DNA of 64,000 nt from an uncultured Gemmatimonadales bacterium (GTDB lineage: Bacteria > Gemmatimonadota > Gemmatimonadetes > Longimicrobiales > RSA9), in assembly GCA_963798085.1 (NCBI GenBank), contig CAWCRS010000003.1, positions 32,001 to 96,000 on the forward strand, written 5' to 3'. Made by a program: the position numbers and the translations under genes. The notes below the pieces were generated by a model that was not told where the DNA came from, ran no database searches, and saw only the letters and a list, made by a program, of their open reading frames with translations. Below, piece by piece: positions 1-9,002 of the stretch. Positions within the stretch are counted from its first letter, which is position 1, and each line of letters starts with the position of its first letter.

Positions 1-267
1 CACGGAACTGTCGCTCGCCTGGAAGTAGACTTCCCCGGCATCGGGCGCCCAGAGCAATGTCGCATTGAAGCTCACATCTTCGGTGCCGGCCAGCGCGGTG
101 CCCAGCTGCTCGGGCAGCTCATCGGCGGAGAAGGTGGGATCCTTCACATTGCAGTCGCTGCCGAGGAAGCAGCAGAGCACTGCAGCAGCGATGCGCACGG
201 CGTGCAGTGGACGGGGCGCGGATGTCGGCGCAACGGGCGCGGGCAGCGCGGCCGCCTCCGCCGCCAT
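1..267 (-). CDS. Partial (runs off window) exported protein, possible lipoprotein
   Basis: Manual translation from ATG at 267: MAAEAAALPAP...VRIAAAVLCCFLGSDCNVKDPTFSADEL...LLWAPDAGEVYFQ. Hydrophobic stretch ending in Cys; WAPD resembles TolB/WD40-like propeller motifs; frame open to window edge. Confidence 0.5.
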   Translation of the reverse strand, partial: MAAEAAALPAPVAPTSAPRPLHAVRIAAAVLCCFLGSDCNVKDPTFSADELPEQLGTALAGTEDVSFNATLLWAPDAGEVYFQASDSSV

Positions 268-308
268 GCGCGTCGCGTGCGGCGACAGCACTGTGGGTTG
301 TGACTGCC

Positions 309-617
309 TCACTCCTGCGCGTTCTTTCTGCCGGGCCCGACGAGCTTGCGCTGGAACTCGAGTTCCTCGACGAGGCGCGCGACATCTTCCTTGATGCCGC
401 TGACGTTCTGCACTTCCTGTTCGAGCAGTGCGATCCTCCGCTCCAGCAGGGTAATGGCCTCGTTCTTCGCGCCAGATTCGCGCAGCCGCGCCAGGCTTTC
501 GACAATGGGCCTCATGGCGAAGCGCGCGGTGAAACCGGCAACCGGGATCAATACCATCAGCGAGCCCATGACAATGCCCGCGAGCGCAGTAAAATCTATG
601 TACTGGGCGGGCGGCAT
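309..617 (-). CDS. Small membrane protein with C-terminal coiled coil
   Basis: MPPAQYIDFTALAGIVMGSLMVLIPVAGF (one TM helix), then heptad-like LERRIALLEQEVQ...VARLVEELEFQRKL; GGAG upstream of ATG 617. Confidence 0.7.
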   Translation of the reverse strand: MPPAQYIDFTALAGIVMGSLMVLIPVAGFTARFAMRPIVESLARLRESGAKNEAITLLERRIALLEQEVQNVSGIKEDVARLVEELEFQRKLVGPGRKNAQE

Positions 618-782
618 GCGGTTCTCCGGTGCGATCGCCCCTGCAACGGGGGCGCAGAGTGCGGCGTCGTCATGGCCTTCGTCCTTCAAGATCGCGTGGA
701 TGCCGGGGTTACGGCAAGGTGACTGGACTGCCGCCGGCGTCTGACATAGCTTGCGGTTGCACCTCGAAGACCTGCATTCCGA

Positions 783-3541
783 ATGCTTTCAATACTACTC
801 GCACTGATTGCGCTCACCGGGGCCCTGCCTCCCCGGCAGGTTGATGCCATCACCCGGGTGCGCGCGATCGTGCAGCAGGCCACGCTCGCGGTCAACGGCG
901 ATTCGGCAGCGCGTGTGCGCGAACGCTGGGCGATGGCAGGCGGGAACGACGGCGAAGCGCAGCTCGGCCTCGCCACATTGGCCCGACTCACGTACGACTT
1001 CACGGATGCGGAGCGGCGCTACACGAGGCTGCTGGGCGATGCGGAGCCGACGACGCCGCTGCAGCTGTACGCCGCGCTCGGTCGGGCACTGTCACTGGCG
1101 CAGCGCTGGCAATCGGAGCCCGCACTTGCTGGATTCCGTGTTGCCTATGCGGCCGCGAAGCGGCTCGCGGATGCGCGTGGCCAAACAGAAGCGCTGCTGG
1201 GCATGACCGGCTACATTCGCGCGCCGCAGGTGCGGATTCGGCGCTCGCGCTGCTGGCCGCCGCCGCACGCGCGCTGCCTGCGCAGGATGAAGTGCTGCGC
1301 GGCGGCGTGCGCTGTTCCCAGGCATTGATCTACAGCTCAGTGGCGCCGGCCCGGGCGGACACGGCGGCAAATGAAGGGATGCGCCTGCTGCAGCGTGGTG
1401 GCGATGATCGCATGATCGCGCGCTGCTGGGGCGTGCTCGCCCGTGTCAACGAAGTGCTGGGTTATCAGCTCAAGGCAGCGGAGGCGGCGAACACCGGACT
1501 CGCTCTCGCGCTGCGTGTACACGACCTCGAAGGCGCTGCCGCGCTCGCGCAGTTCCTGGCCTATGAGGAGATCCAGTACGGCGTGCGTTTCGACGCCAGC
1601 CGGCGCTCCGCGCAGCAGGCGATTGCGTACGGCACGCGCTCCGGCAATGTGCTGGCGGTGGGCTGGGCCGAGCTGAATCTGGCGCAGCTTGCCGTGCGTC
1701 TGAGTGACGGCCGCACCGCACTGCGCCACATTGACAGCGCGCAGGCCGTGCTGCGCACGATCGGTGATGTGGTGGGGATGGGCGCCGCGTTCGTCGTGGC
1801 CGGCGATGCGGCGCAGGGCACGGGGCAGTACGCGAGGGCGGCGGCCAGCTACGATTCCGCGGCCGCACTGTATGCGCGCCTCAATTTTGGCGCGGCGCGA
1901 CCCTCGATCCTGTTCCGCCAGGCGAGCCTGGAGCTGGCCGCCGGGCATCTCGACGAAGCCACCGCCCGCCTGGACGAAGGCGTCAGCCTGGCACAGCGTT
2001 ATCACCTGGCCGGCCTGGTCGACACGGATGCGCATTACCTGCGCGGCGCACTGGCGCTGCGGCGCAGTCATTTCGACGTTGCGATCCGCGAGTTGCAGAC
2101 CTATCTCGGCCAGTTCACGAGCCTGAACGCGCAGTACCTCTTCGATGGGCGGATGCGGCTGGCCGAGGCGTACGCCAGTGCTGGTCGGCTGGATGATGCG
2201 GTGCGCACGCTGGACGAGGGATTCCTCGCGCTCGACCGCGTGCGTTCGTACCTCGACGACCGCGATGCGCGCGTGGTTGTGCTGCAGAGCCGGCGCCTCG
2301 AGTTCGATCCCGACCTGGGCATTGCGACGATCGTGAACACGCTGGCGCGCGCGGGGCGGCTGGAGACTGCGTTCCGCGTGGCCGAGGCGCAGCGTTCGCG
2401 CTATCTGTGGGAGCAGGTGGTGCGCCGGGGCGCGCTGGCCGGCGACATTGATGCGAGCAGCGCGAAGCGGGCTGAGCGTCTGGTGCCCGTGCCCATGGAC
2501 ATCGACCAGCTGCGCACGGCACTGCCTGATTCCACCGCGGTCATCGAGTACGTGACCGGTCGTGGCAACGAGCCTACCACGGCGTTTGTGGTTTCGGCTG
2601 TAGGAGCGTGGTCGATCTCGATGACGGCGGCGGACTCGCTGGTGGACGAAATCGATCGCTTCACGCAGGCGCTGCAGAGCGGTGCGCGGGCCGGTACGCT
2701 GGCGAGGCTGCTGGCGCAGGCAGTGCTCGATCCCGCGCTGGCGCTGCTGCCGTCGAGCGCGACACGCATTGTGCTCGTGCCCGATGGACCGTTGCACCGG
2801 CTGCCGTTCGACGCACTGACACTGCGCGACGGCCGCGCCGTGCTGGAGCACTACACGCTGACACTCTCGCCGTCGAGCCGGCTGGCGCGTGCGTTCTGGG
2901 CCGCCGCACCCGATGCACACACGAGCGGACTGCTGGCACTGGGTGGCGCGGTATTCCCGCCCGCGTCGGGGCTGGCTCCGCTGAACGCGAGCGCGGCCGA
3001 GGTGCGCGCAATTGGTCGCCTGGCGAGTCCTGCCGACATACGCGTGGGCGAGCGCGCCAGCGAGTCCGCGCTCAAGCACGCGGACTGGACCCGCTTTGCC
3101 GTGCTGCACCTGGCGACGCACGCGCAGGTCGAGGACTGGGGCGTGCTTTCCAGCGCGCTTTTCCTGAGTGCAGGCGATGGCGAAGACGGTCGCATGGGTG
3201 TCGAGGAGATTGCCGGGCTGCCGCTCGATGAACAGCTGGTGGTACTGTCGGCCTGTCGCACGGTGGGAGGCGCTCTGGTCAGCGGTGAAGGCATCGAGGG
3301 TCTCACCGCGCCCTTCCTGGAAGCGGGCGCGCGCGCCGTGGCCGCCACCTACTGGCCTATCAGTGATCGCGCGATTGTCGCGCTCATGACAGGGCTGTAC
3401 ACGGAACTGGGGCATGGCCTGCAGGTGGGTGATGCGCTGCGCCAAGCGAAGCTCGCGTCACTGCGCGCCGGTGATCCGCCATCGGTATGGGCCTCGCTCA
3501 CGCTCACCGGCGACGGCCGCATGAGGCCGCGGCTGCGCTGA
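783..3541 (+). CDS. Secreted TPR + CHAT (caspase HetF-associated) domain protein; one frameshift near 1222
   Basis: Signal peptide MLSILLALIALTGA; helical TPR-like repeats; CHAT motifs PDGPLHRLPF, VLHLATHA (His), VVLSACRT (Cys), FLEAGARAV..WPISD, WASLTLTG. ORFs 783-1328 and 1292-3541 join by a shift (AAGADSALALL...DEVLRGGVRC). Confidence 0.85.
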
Positions 3542-3551
3542 GCGCGCGCGC

Positions 3552-4172
3552 TCACTGCTGCAGTGTGACGTGCCGGGCCGGCGTGCTGCGGTCGGTGCCG
3601 TCGCGCAAGCGGGCGGTTACCCACCAGCGATAGGAGCCGGTGACCACCTTTCCGCCGGCAGGCAGGACTAGCAGCGTGTCAGTCACGGTGCTGTCGAGCA
3701 CGGCCATGCCTTCCTCATCGATCAGCTGCAGGCGATAGGTCTCGGCGCCGGATACGCGCTGCCACGTGAACCTGGCGGCCGCGGTAATGCGGGCATCCGC
3801 GGCGGGAGCCAGAAGGAAATCGTCGCCTGCACTGCGCATGACATCAGGCGCGACCGGGTGCGTGGCCCGCCATATCAGTGCGGCACCGAACACGACGATG
3901 ATCGCGGCTGCGGCCGTGAGCCAGGTGGGCAGCCAGTGGCGGGGCGCAGGCCGCTGGCGGGTCAGCTCTCGGAAGAACTCGAATTCCGCGGCGGTGCGGG
4001 CGTCGGCGAGCACGGCTTCGAGCTGTTCCGCGCGATCATCCTCGCGATACTCACCGGCAGCGAGCGCCTGCACGCGCTCGACGGGAATGTCGGGTGGATC
4101 CGTCTCGCGCGCACGCCTGGCGAGCAGCTTGGTGTACGCCGCGCGCAGCCGGTCTTCGCCTGTTTCAGTCAC
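3552..4172 (-). CDS. Putative anti-sigma factor (N-terminal cytoplasmic domain, one TM, periplasmic Ig/FN3-like domain)
   Basis: Overlaps the end of the ECF sigma gene; TM WLTAAAAIIVVFGAALIW; C-terminal FTWQRVSGAETYRLQL...GSYRWWVTA beta-sandwich pattern. Confidence 0.7.
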   Translation of the reverse strand: MTETGEDRLRAAYTKLLARRARETDPPDIPVERVQALAAGEYREDDRAEQLEAVLADARTAAEFEFFRELTRQRPAPRHWLPTWLTAAAAIIVVFGAALIWRATHPVAPDVMRSAGDDFLLAPAADARITAAARFTWQRVSGAETYRLQLIDEEGMAVLDSTVTDTLLVLPAGGKVVTGSYRWWVTARLRDGTDRSTPARHVTLQQ

Positions 4173-4737
4173 GGCCGCCTGCCTGTTTCAGGTTTTCGCG
4201 CAGATCCGTGAGCCCGCGATACAGGAGGTTTCTCGCCTTGCCCTGTGTCCAGCCCATGATGTTCGCGATTTCGTCGAGATGATGGCCGCGCAGGTGCAGG
4301 CGGACGGCGGGCCGGCGCGATGCGGGCACCTGCGCGAGCGCACGCTCGAGCGCAGCGACGAGATCGGTCTCCTGCGTATCGATGGCACCCGTGTCGACCA
4401 GCTCGTCGGCGACCAGCTCGAGAGGAACGCGGCGTTCATGACGCTCGACGCGACGGCGCCGGACCAGGTCGATCGCCGCCGAGACGGCAGCGCGATACAC
4501 GTAACCGGGCGAGATGGCCGCGCTCTCGCCCTCGCGCTCCAGCATGCGCCAGAGGCGCAGCCGGATGTCCTGCGTCAACTCGTCGCTGTCCGCGCCGCTG
4601 ATGCGATAGCGCGCCGCCGCCCGGCGGATGATGCCCACCCAGCGCTCGACCAGGCCTTCGATGACGGCTGACGTGCGCTCGCTGCTGCGCGGCACTTCCG
4701 CGCGGCGCGATTCCGCCGGGGACGCGTCCTCGCTCAT
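4165..4737 (-). CDS. ECF-family RNA polymerase sigma-70 factor
   Basis: Region 2 DELTQDIRLRLW...YVYRAAVSAAIDLVRR; region 4 LDEIANIMGWTQGKARNLLYRGL. Confidence 0.9.
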   Translation of the reverse strand: MSEDASPAESRRAEVPRSSERTSAVIEGLVERWVGIIRRAAARYRISGADSDELTQDIRLRLWRMLEREGESAAISPGYVYRAAVSAAIDLVRRRRVERHERRVPLELVADELVDTGAIDTQETDLVAALERALAQVPASRRPAVRLHLRGHHLDEIANIMGWTQGKARNLLYRGLTDLRENLKQAGGRD

Positions 4738-4752
4738 GCGGGCAAGGTATCG

Positions 4753-4897
4753 CGCCGCAATGCGTGCTGCCAACGCAGCCTGTGGTACCCGCCGACCCCG
4801 GGCCGGCTCGGTTCCGCATGGCATCGACTCCCCGGCGCAGACGCCGCTGCTGGTGACCGTTGTATGTCAGGTTGTCTCCACAGGAATGACGCGGCGG
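4753..4897 (-). ncRNA. Candidate structured RNA or leader upstream of the ECF sigma gene (weakly 6S-like)
   Basis: Complementary arms CCTGTGG (4779-4785)/CCACAGG (4878-4884) and CGCCGC/GCGGCG, with inner hairpins and an A-rich unpaired stretch. Assessed by eye only. Confidence 0.2.
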
Positions 4898-5036
4898 TTC
4901 GCCGTTATTCTCATGTCCGTGCGGTCTTCCGCCCCGGACCGCCGATCGTTGTGCCGGCGGGACGCCCCAACCTTCACGCCGTCGCAACTGTCCAATACTC
5001 TGGCGCGTAGTCAGGAAAACGACCGGAGGTAGTGCA

Positions 5037-5831
5037 ATGGTTCGGGCTGTTGTGGTGCTGGCTCTGCTGGGCTCCGCGGCTTCTGCCGCAGCGCAGCAAT
5101 CGAGGCGGGATGAGGATTGTCGTTACGAAGCCCGTCGCGACGATGCGGTGCGTGCTTCGACGCGTGATCTGCTCCACCTGATCGCACGCGCCGGCTCGCT
5201 CAAGGTGACGGGCCGCGAGGGAGCGAGCGAGGTGCGTATCAGCGGGCGGGCGTGCGCGTCGAGCCGCGATCTGCTGGATCAGCTGCAGCTGAAGACGTCG
5301 CGGTCCGGCTCGACGGTGAACGTCGAAGTGCCGGAGATCGACCAGGATGGCTGGCGAGGCAACCAGTACGCCCGCCTCGACCTGGACATCGAAGTGCCCG
5401 CAGGCATGGCGGCGGAGATCGAGGACGGCAGTGGTGCCACCGAGCTGACCGGTCTGGGTGCACTGCAGGTGACGGATGGTTCGGGCGAGCTGACCATCTC
5501 GGATGTGAAGGGCGCCGTGCGCGTACACGATGGCTCGGGCGAGCTGGTCATACGCGGCGTGGATGGCAACGTGAGTGTGGCTGACGGATCAGGCGAGATC
5601 CAGGTCCAGCACGTCACCGGCTCGGTGACCATTCACGATGGCTCGGGCAGCATTGAAGTGACGGATGTTGAAGGTGACGTCAGCGTGCCCGAGGACGGAT
5701 CCGGCAGCATTGATGTGTCGGACGTGCGCGGCGACCTGACGGTGTCCGCCAAGGGCAGCGGCAGTGTGCACTATGCGCGTGTTGGCGGGCGCGTGGATGT
5801 ACCGGAGCGCGAGCACCGCCGCCGTCGCTGA
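5037..5831 (+). CDS. Secreted DUF4097/adhesin-like beta-strand repeat protein
   Basis: Signal peptide; about 7 DGSG repeats at ~19-aa spacing; GGAGG RBS. Confidence 0.85.
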   Translation: MVRAVVVLALLGSAASAAAQQSRRDEDCRYEARRDDAVRASTRDLLHLIARAGSLKVTGREGASEVRISGRACASSRDLLDQLQLKTSRSGSTVNVEVPEIDQDGWRGNQYARLDLDIEVPAGMAAEIEDGSGATELTGLGALQVTDGSGELTISDVKGAVRVHDGSGELVIRGVDGNVSVADGSGEIQVQHVTGSVTIHDGSGSIEVTDVEGDVSVPEDGSGSIDVSDVRGDLTVSAKGSGSVHYARVGGRVDVPEREHRRRR

Positions 5832-5855
5832 AGGCGCGTTACCCGGCGTGATCCT

Positions 5856-5894
5856 GCCGACCGCGGCCGAGATGTGGCCGCGGTCGGCTTTTTT
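5856..5894 (+). terminator. Rho-independent terminator
   Basis: 13-bp perfect stem GCCGACCGCGGCC/GGCCGCGGTCGGC, 7-nt loop, then T6. Confidence 0.9.
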
Positions 5895-5994
5895 CGTGCA
5901 TCACACTTCCGCCAGTGCGGGTGGCGCTCGCAGATTCGGGAATGCAGCCGACCGGGCGGCTGCGCCGATCCGTTCCCCATTGGCTCGCATCGCG

Positions 5995-7188
5995 ATGGTC
6001 GATCACAAGTCAGCAGATCCGCTGCGCGAATACCGGCGCAAACGTGATTTCGGGAAGACCAGCGAACCGCGCGGCGAAGTGCGGCGCGAGCGTGCCGCGG
6101 ACGCGCGCCTCGAGTTCGTCATCCAGAAGCATGATGCGACCAACCTGCACTTCGATCTGCGCCTCGAGCTGGATGGCGTGATGAAGAGCTGGGCCGTGCC
6201 GCGCGGCCTGACGCTCGACACCGCGACCAGACGTCTCGCCATGGAGGTGGAAGACCATCCCATGGAATACAACTGGTTCGAGGGCACGATTCCCGGCGGC
6301 GCGTACGGTGGCGGTACGGTCATGCTATGGGATCGCGGCCTGTACTACGCCGATGAGGCGGAGCCCGGCGAGGATGAGCAGGCTGTGCTGCGCCGGGAGC
6401 ACGCAGCGGGCAAGATGAGCTTCACGTTCGTGGGTGAACGCCTGCACGGGTCGTATGCGCTGGTGCGCACGGAGGCGGGCGCCAAGCCGAAATGGCTGCT
6501 GATCAAGCATCGCGACCGCAGCGTGCAGTCCGGCGTGGACCCCACACAGCTGTACACGACATCGATCGTGACGGGCCGATCGCTGGACGAGATCGCGCTC
6601 GAGGATGCGACCGATGGCTTTCAGGATGCCGGTGTGGCCGCGACGCTCTATCGCTATGCCAGCGACCCGCCCTCCGGCCGCGGCTGGGCCTACGAGCCGG
6701 CCATCCGCGGGGCCCGTCTGCACGTGTACGTCACGCCGGATGTGCTGCGCGTGGTGAGCGCGGTGCCGGGTGCGGCACAGAAGTGGCGAGGCCTGGCGGA
6801 GGAACTGAAGCGCTGGGCGGCGGAGCACGATCGGTCCTTCGTGCTGGATGGCGAAATCGCGGAAGCGAGTGGTGGCACGCTCGTGCTGCACGTGTTCGAT
6901 CTGCTGTTCGAGGATGGCGCAGTGCTGCTGGAGCTGCCCTGGACGGAGCGGCGCAAGCGGCTGGAGAAACTGCTGCAGGCGATCGCGCCCCGGCACACGG
7001 TGTTAGTGCCGGTCGTGCGGCGGGGCGTCAGGGCCGCGCTGGAGCAGGCGCACGCCGGGCACTGGGCGGGACTCGTGGCCAAGCGCAAGGACTCGCCTTA
7101 CCGCTCGGGCGAGCGCACCGGCGACTGGATCAAGGTGGTCTTTCCGGGCCGGCCTTTCGTGCTGCCGGCGGGCAAGCCCAGACCCTAA
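5995..7188 (+). CDS. LigD-type DNA 3'-phosphoesterase domain fused to a degenerate ATP-dependent ligase adenylation domain
   Basis: FVIQKHDATNLHFDLRLE, SWAVPRG, EDHPMEY, GGGTVMLWDRG (phosphoesterase). LDGEI, VFDLL, GLVAKRKDSPYRSGERTGDWIK (ligase). Motif I reads EPAIRGAR. Confidence 0.85.
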   Translation: MVDHKSADPLREYRRKRDFGKTSEPRGEVRRERAADARLEFVIQKHDATNLHFDLRLELDGVMKSWAVPRGLTLDTATRRLAMEVEDHPMEYNWFEGTIPGGAYGGGTVMLWDRGLYYADEAEPGEDEQAVLRREHAAGKMSFTFVGERLHGSYALVRTEAGAKPKWLLIKHRDRSVQSGVDPTQLYTTSIVTGRSLDEIALEDATDGFQDAGVAATLYRYASDPPSGRGWAYEPAIRGARLHVYVTPDVLRVVSAVPGAAQKWRGLAEELKRWAAEHDRSFVLDGEIAEASGGTLVLHVFDLLFEDGAVLLELPWTERRKRLEKLLQAIAPRHTVLVPVVRRGVRAALEQAHAGHWAGLVAKRKDSPYRSGERTGDWIKVVFPGRPFVLPAGKPRP

Positions 7189-7195
7189 CGCACGG

Positions 7196-8263
7196 TCAGT
7201 CGTTCTTGCGCTTGAGGTGCGCCTTGTACGCGCGGTCGGCCGCGCGATGGCTGCGCTTGCGCGCACTGGCCGCGTGCACGTCCGTGCGCGCCTCCAGCTG
7301 TCTGGCTTCGGCGAGCAGGCCTCGCCAGCTCTCCAGCCGGGCCGCGTCGAGGGTACCATCCCTGACCGCGGCCACAACCGCGCAATCCGGCTCATTGGAA
7401 TGACCGCAGTCGCGGAAGCGACACTGCCCGGCCAGCTCCGCGATATCCGCGAACGCGTCGTCGATTTCATCCTCACCGGCCCACAGCTGCAGCTCACGCA
7501 GGCCGGGCGTGTCGAGCAGCAGCGCACCCGAGGGCGTGGGCACCAGCTCGCGCCGTGTCGTGGTGTGCCGCCCTCGCCCATCGGCACGCACCTCGCCGGT
7601 GCGCATACGATCCTCACCCAGCAGCGCGTTGATGAGCGTGGATTTGCCCACACCCGAAGATCCCAGCAGCGCCACCGTGCAACCGGGCGCGAGCCATTGG
7701 CGCAATCCTTCCACGCCTTCGCCGGTCAGCGACGACACGCGCACCACAGGCAGTGTGTCGGGCAGTGCGCCGACGTCATCGTGGTCGGGCGAGGGCACCA
7801 GATCGCTCTTGGACAGCACGAGCACCGGCTGTGCGCCGCTGCGTTCGGCGAGGGCGAGATAACGCTCAATGCGGCGGGGGTTCACATCGCCATCGAGCGC
7901 ACTGACGAGGAAGACGACATCCACATTGGCAGCGATGACCTGCTCCACGGTCGCGCGACCTGCTGCCTTGCGCGTGAACTCCGACCGGCGAGGCAGGACG
8001 GCGCGGATCACGAAGGGGCCGCTCGAGGCCGGCTCCGCGGCGACCCAGTCACCCACCGCGGGCAGATCGACCGCGCGCGAATCGCGCCGCAAGCGGCCCG
8101 GCAGCACTGCCTTGTGCTCGCCCTGCGCCGTGTAGAGCAGCCAGGCATTGCGATGCTGTACCGCAACGCGCGCAGCGATGAGTCCCTGCTCCGCATAGGG
8201 CGTGAACGCGCTGGCGAAATGGGAGTTCCAGCCCAGGGCTTCGAGTGCGACGTTATCCTGCAT
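7196..8263 (-). CDS. rsgA: Ribosome small subunit-dependent GTPase A
   Basis: VGDWV, AANVD, SKSD, GSSGVGKS, GRHTT, DTPG, Zn finger CRFRDCGHSNEPDC. Confidence 0.95.
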   Translation of the reverse strand: MQDNVALEALGWNSHFASAFTPYAEQGLIAARVAVQHRNAWLLYTAQGEHKAVLPGRLRRDSRAVDLPAVGDWVAAEPASSGPFVIRAVLPRRSEFTRKAAGRATVEQVIAANVDVVFLVSALDGDVNPRRIERYLALAERSGAQPVLVLSKSDLVPSPDHDDVGALPDTLPVVRVSSLTGEGVEGLRQWLAPGCTVALLGSSGVGKSTLINALLGEDRMRTGEVRADGRGRHTTTRRELVPTPSGALLLDTPGLRELQLWAGEDEIDDAFADIAELAGQCRFRDCGHSNEPDCAVVAAVRDGTLDAARLESWRGLLAEARQLEARTDVHAASARKRSHRAADRAYKAHLKRKND

Positions 8264-8375
8264 GCAGTTTCGCCTGTCTGCGTGGTCCCGGCCTGATGGC
8301 CGGCGCGCGCGCAATGTCCGTGAATAGCGGCGTCCAGTGAAAACGCCGGTGGAAACGTGACGTCGCGGGCGGCGC

Positions 8376-8405
8376 TTGACCCTCCGCCGCGGCATCTTCT
8401 AAGCT
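8376..8405 (+). promoter_or_regulatory. Sigma70-like promoter, probably giving a leaderless mRNA
   Basis: TTGACC-N18-TAAGCT ending 6 nt before ATG 8412; no Shine-Dalgarno sequence. Confidence 0.55.
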
Positions 8406-8411
8406 TCGGGC

Positions 8412-8855
8412 ATGACCGTGCTGCGTCCCCTCATACTCGTCTGTCTCGCAGTGCTGGGCGGTGTGCTCCCGGCCTCCGGCCAGGACGACTCGCCCGAGCG
8501 CACGGCGAGAGACAGCGTGTTCTCCACCGCTCAGGCGGACCGCGGTGAGGGCGTGTTTGCCCGCGTGTGCGCGCAGTGTCATACCCGCAAACAGTTCACG
8601 GAGAGCATTCACAAGAACTGGGAGGGTCGCACCTTCTACGAGGTTTTCGAGCAGCTGCGCAGCACCATGCCCAACGATAATCCCGGCGGTCTCAGTCGCG
8701 GGCAGTACATTGATGTGCTGGTCTACCTGCTCAGGGAATGCGGCTATCCTGCGGGCCGCAACGATCTCGGGCCGGGCGAATCGAGTCTGCGTTCCGTGCG
8801 CATCGTGCCGCTGGCACCGACCGGGCCCGCGCCGCACGCCTCGCCGCCGGCCTGA
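8412..8855 (+). CDS. Monoheme c-type cytochrome
   Basis: Signal peptide; QADRGEGVFARVCAQCH (CxxCH); distal Met in TMPNDNPG. Confidence 0.9.
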   Translation: MTVLRPLILVCLAVLGGVLPASGQDDSPERTARDSVFSTAQADRGEGVFARVCAQCHTRKQFTESIHKNWEGRTFYEVFEQLRSTMPNDNPGGLSRGQYIDVLVYLLRECGYPAGRNDLGPGESSLRSVRIVPLAPTGPAPHASPPA

Positions 8856-9002
8856 GCCGCACACACTTGACGAAGCCGCAACCCCGGCCCTAGATGAGGC
8901 GGAGCCACACAAGGGTACGCGGTTCCTGCTGCTGACATCCGTTGCGCGCGTGTGCCGGCCGCTGCCGCCGGCTCTGCCGACTCCATCCATGGAGACATCG
9001 AG

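Noticed and set aside
1215..1235. Programmed frameshift in the CHAT gene (also 31245 in the PPIase gene)
   Set aside because: No slippery heptamer or homopolymer tract, and the window shows many probable sequencing indels.
1337..3445. Long antisense ORFs (also 30539-33103, 48293-50647, 55255-57432 and others)
   Set aside because: Shadow frames of real high-GC genes; Arg/Ala-rich with no recognisable motifs.
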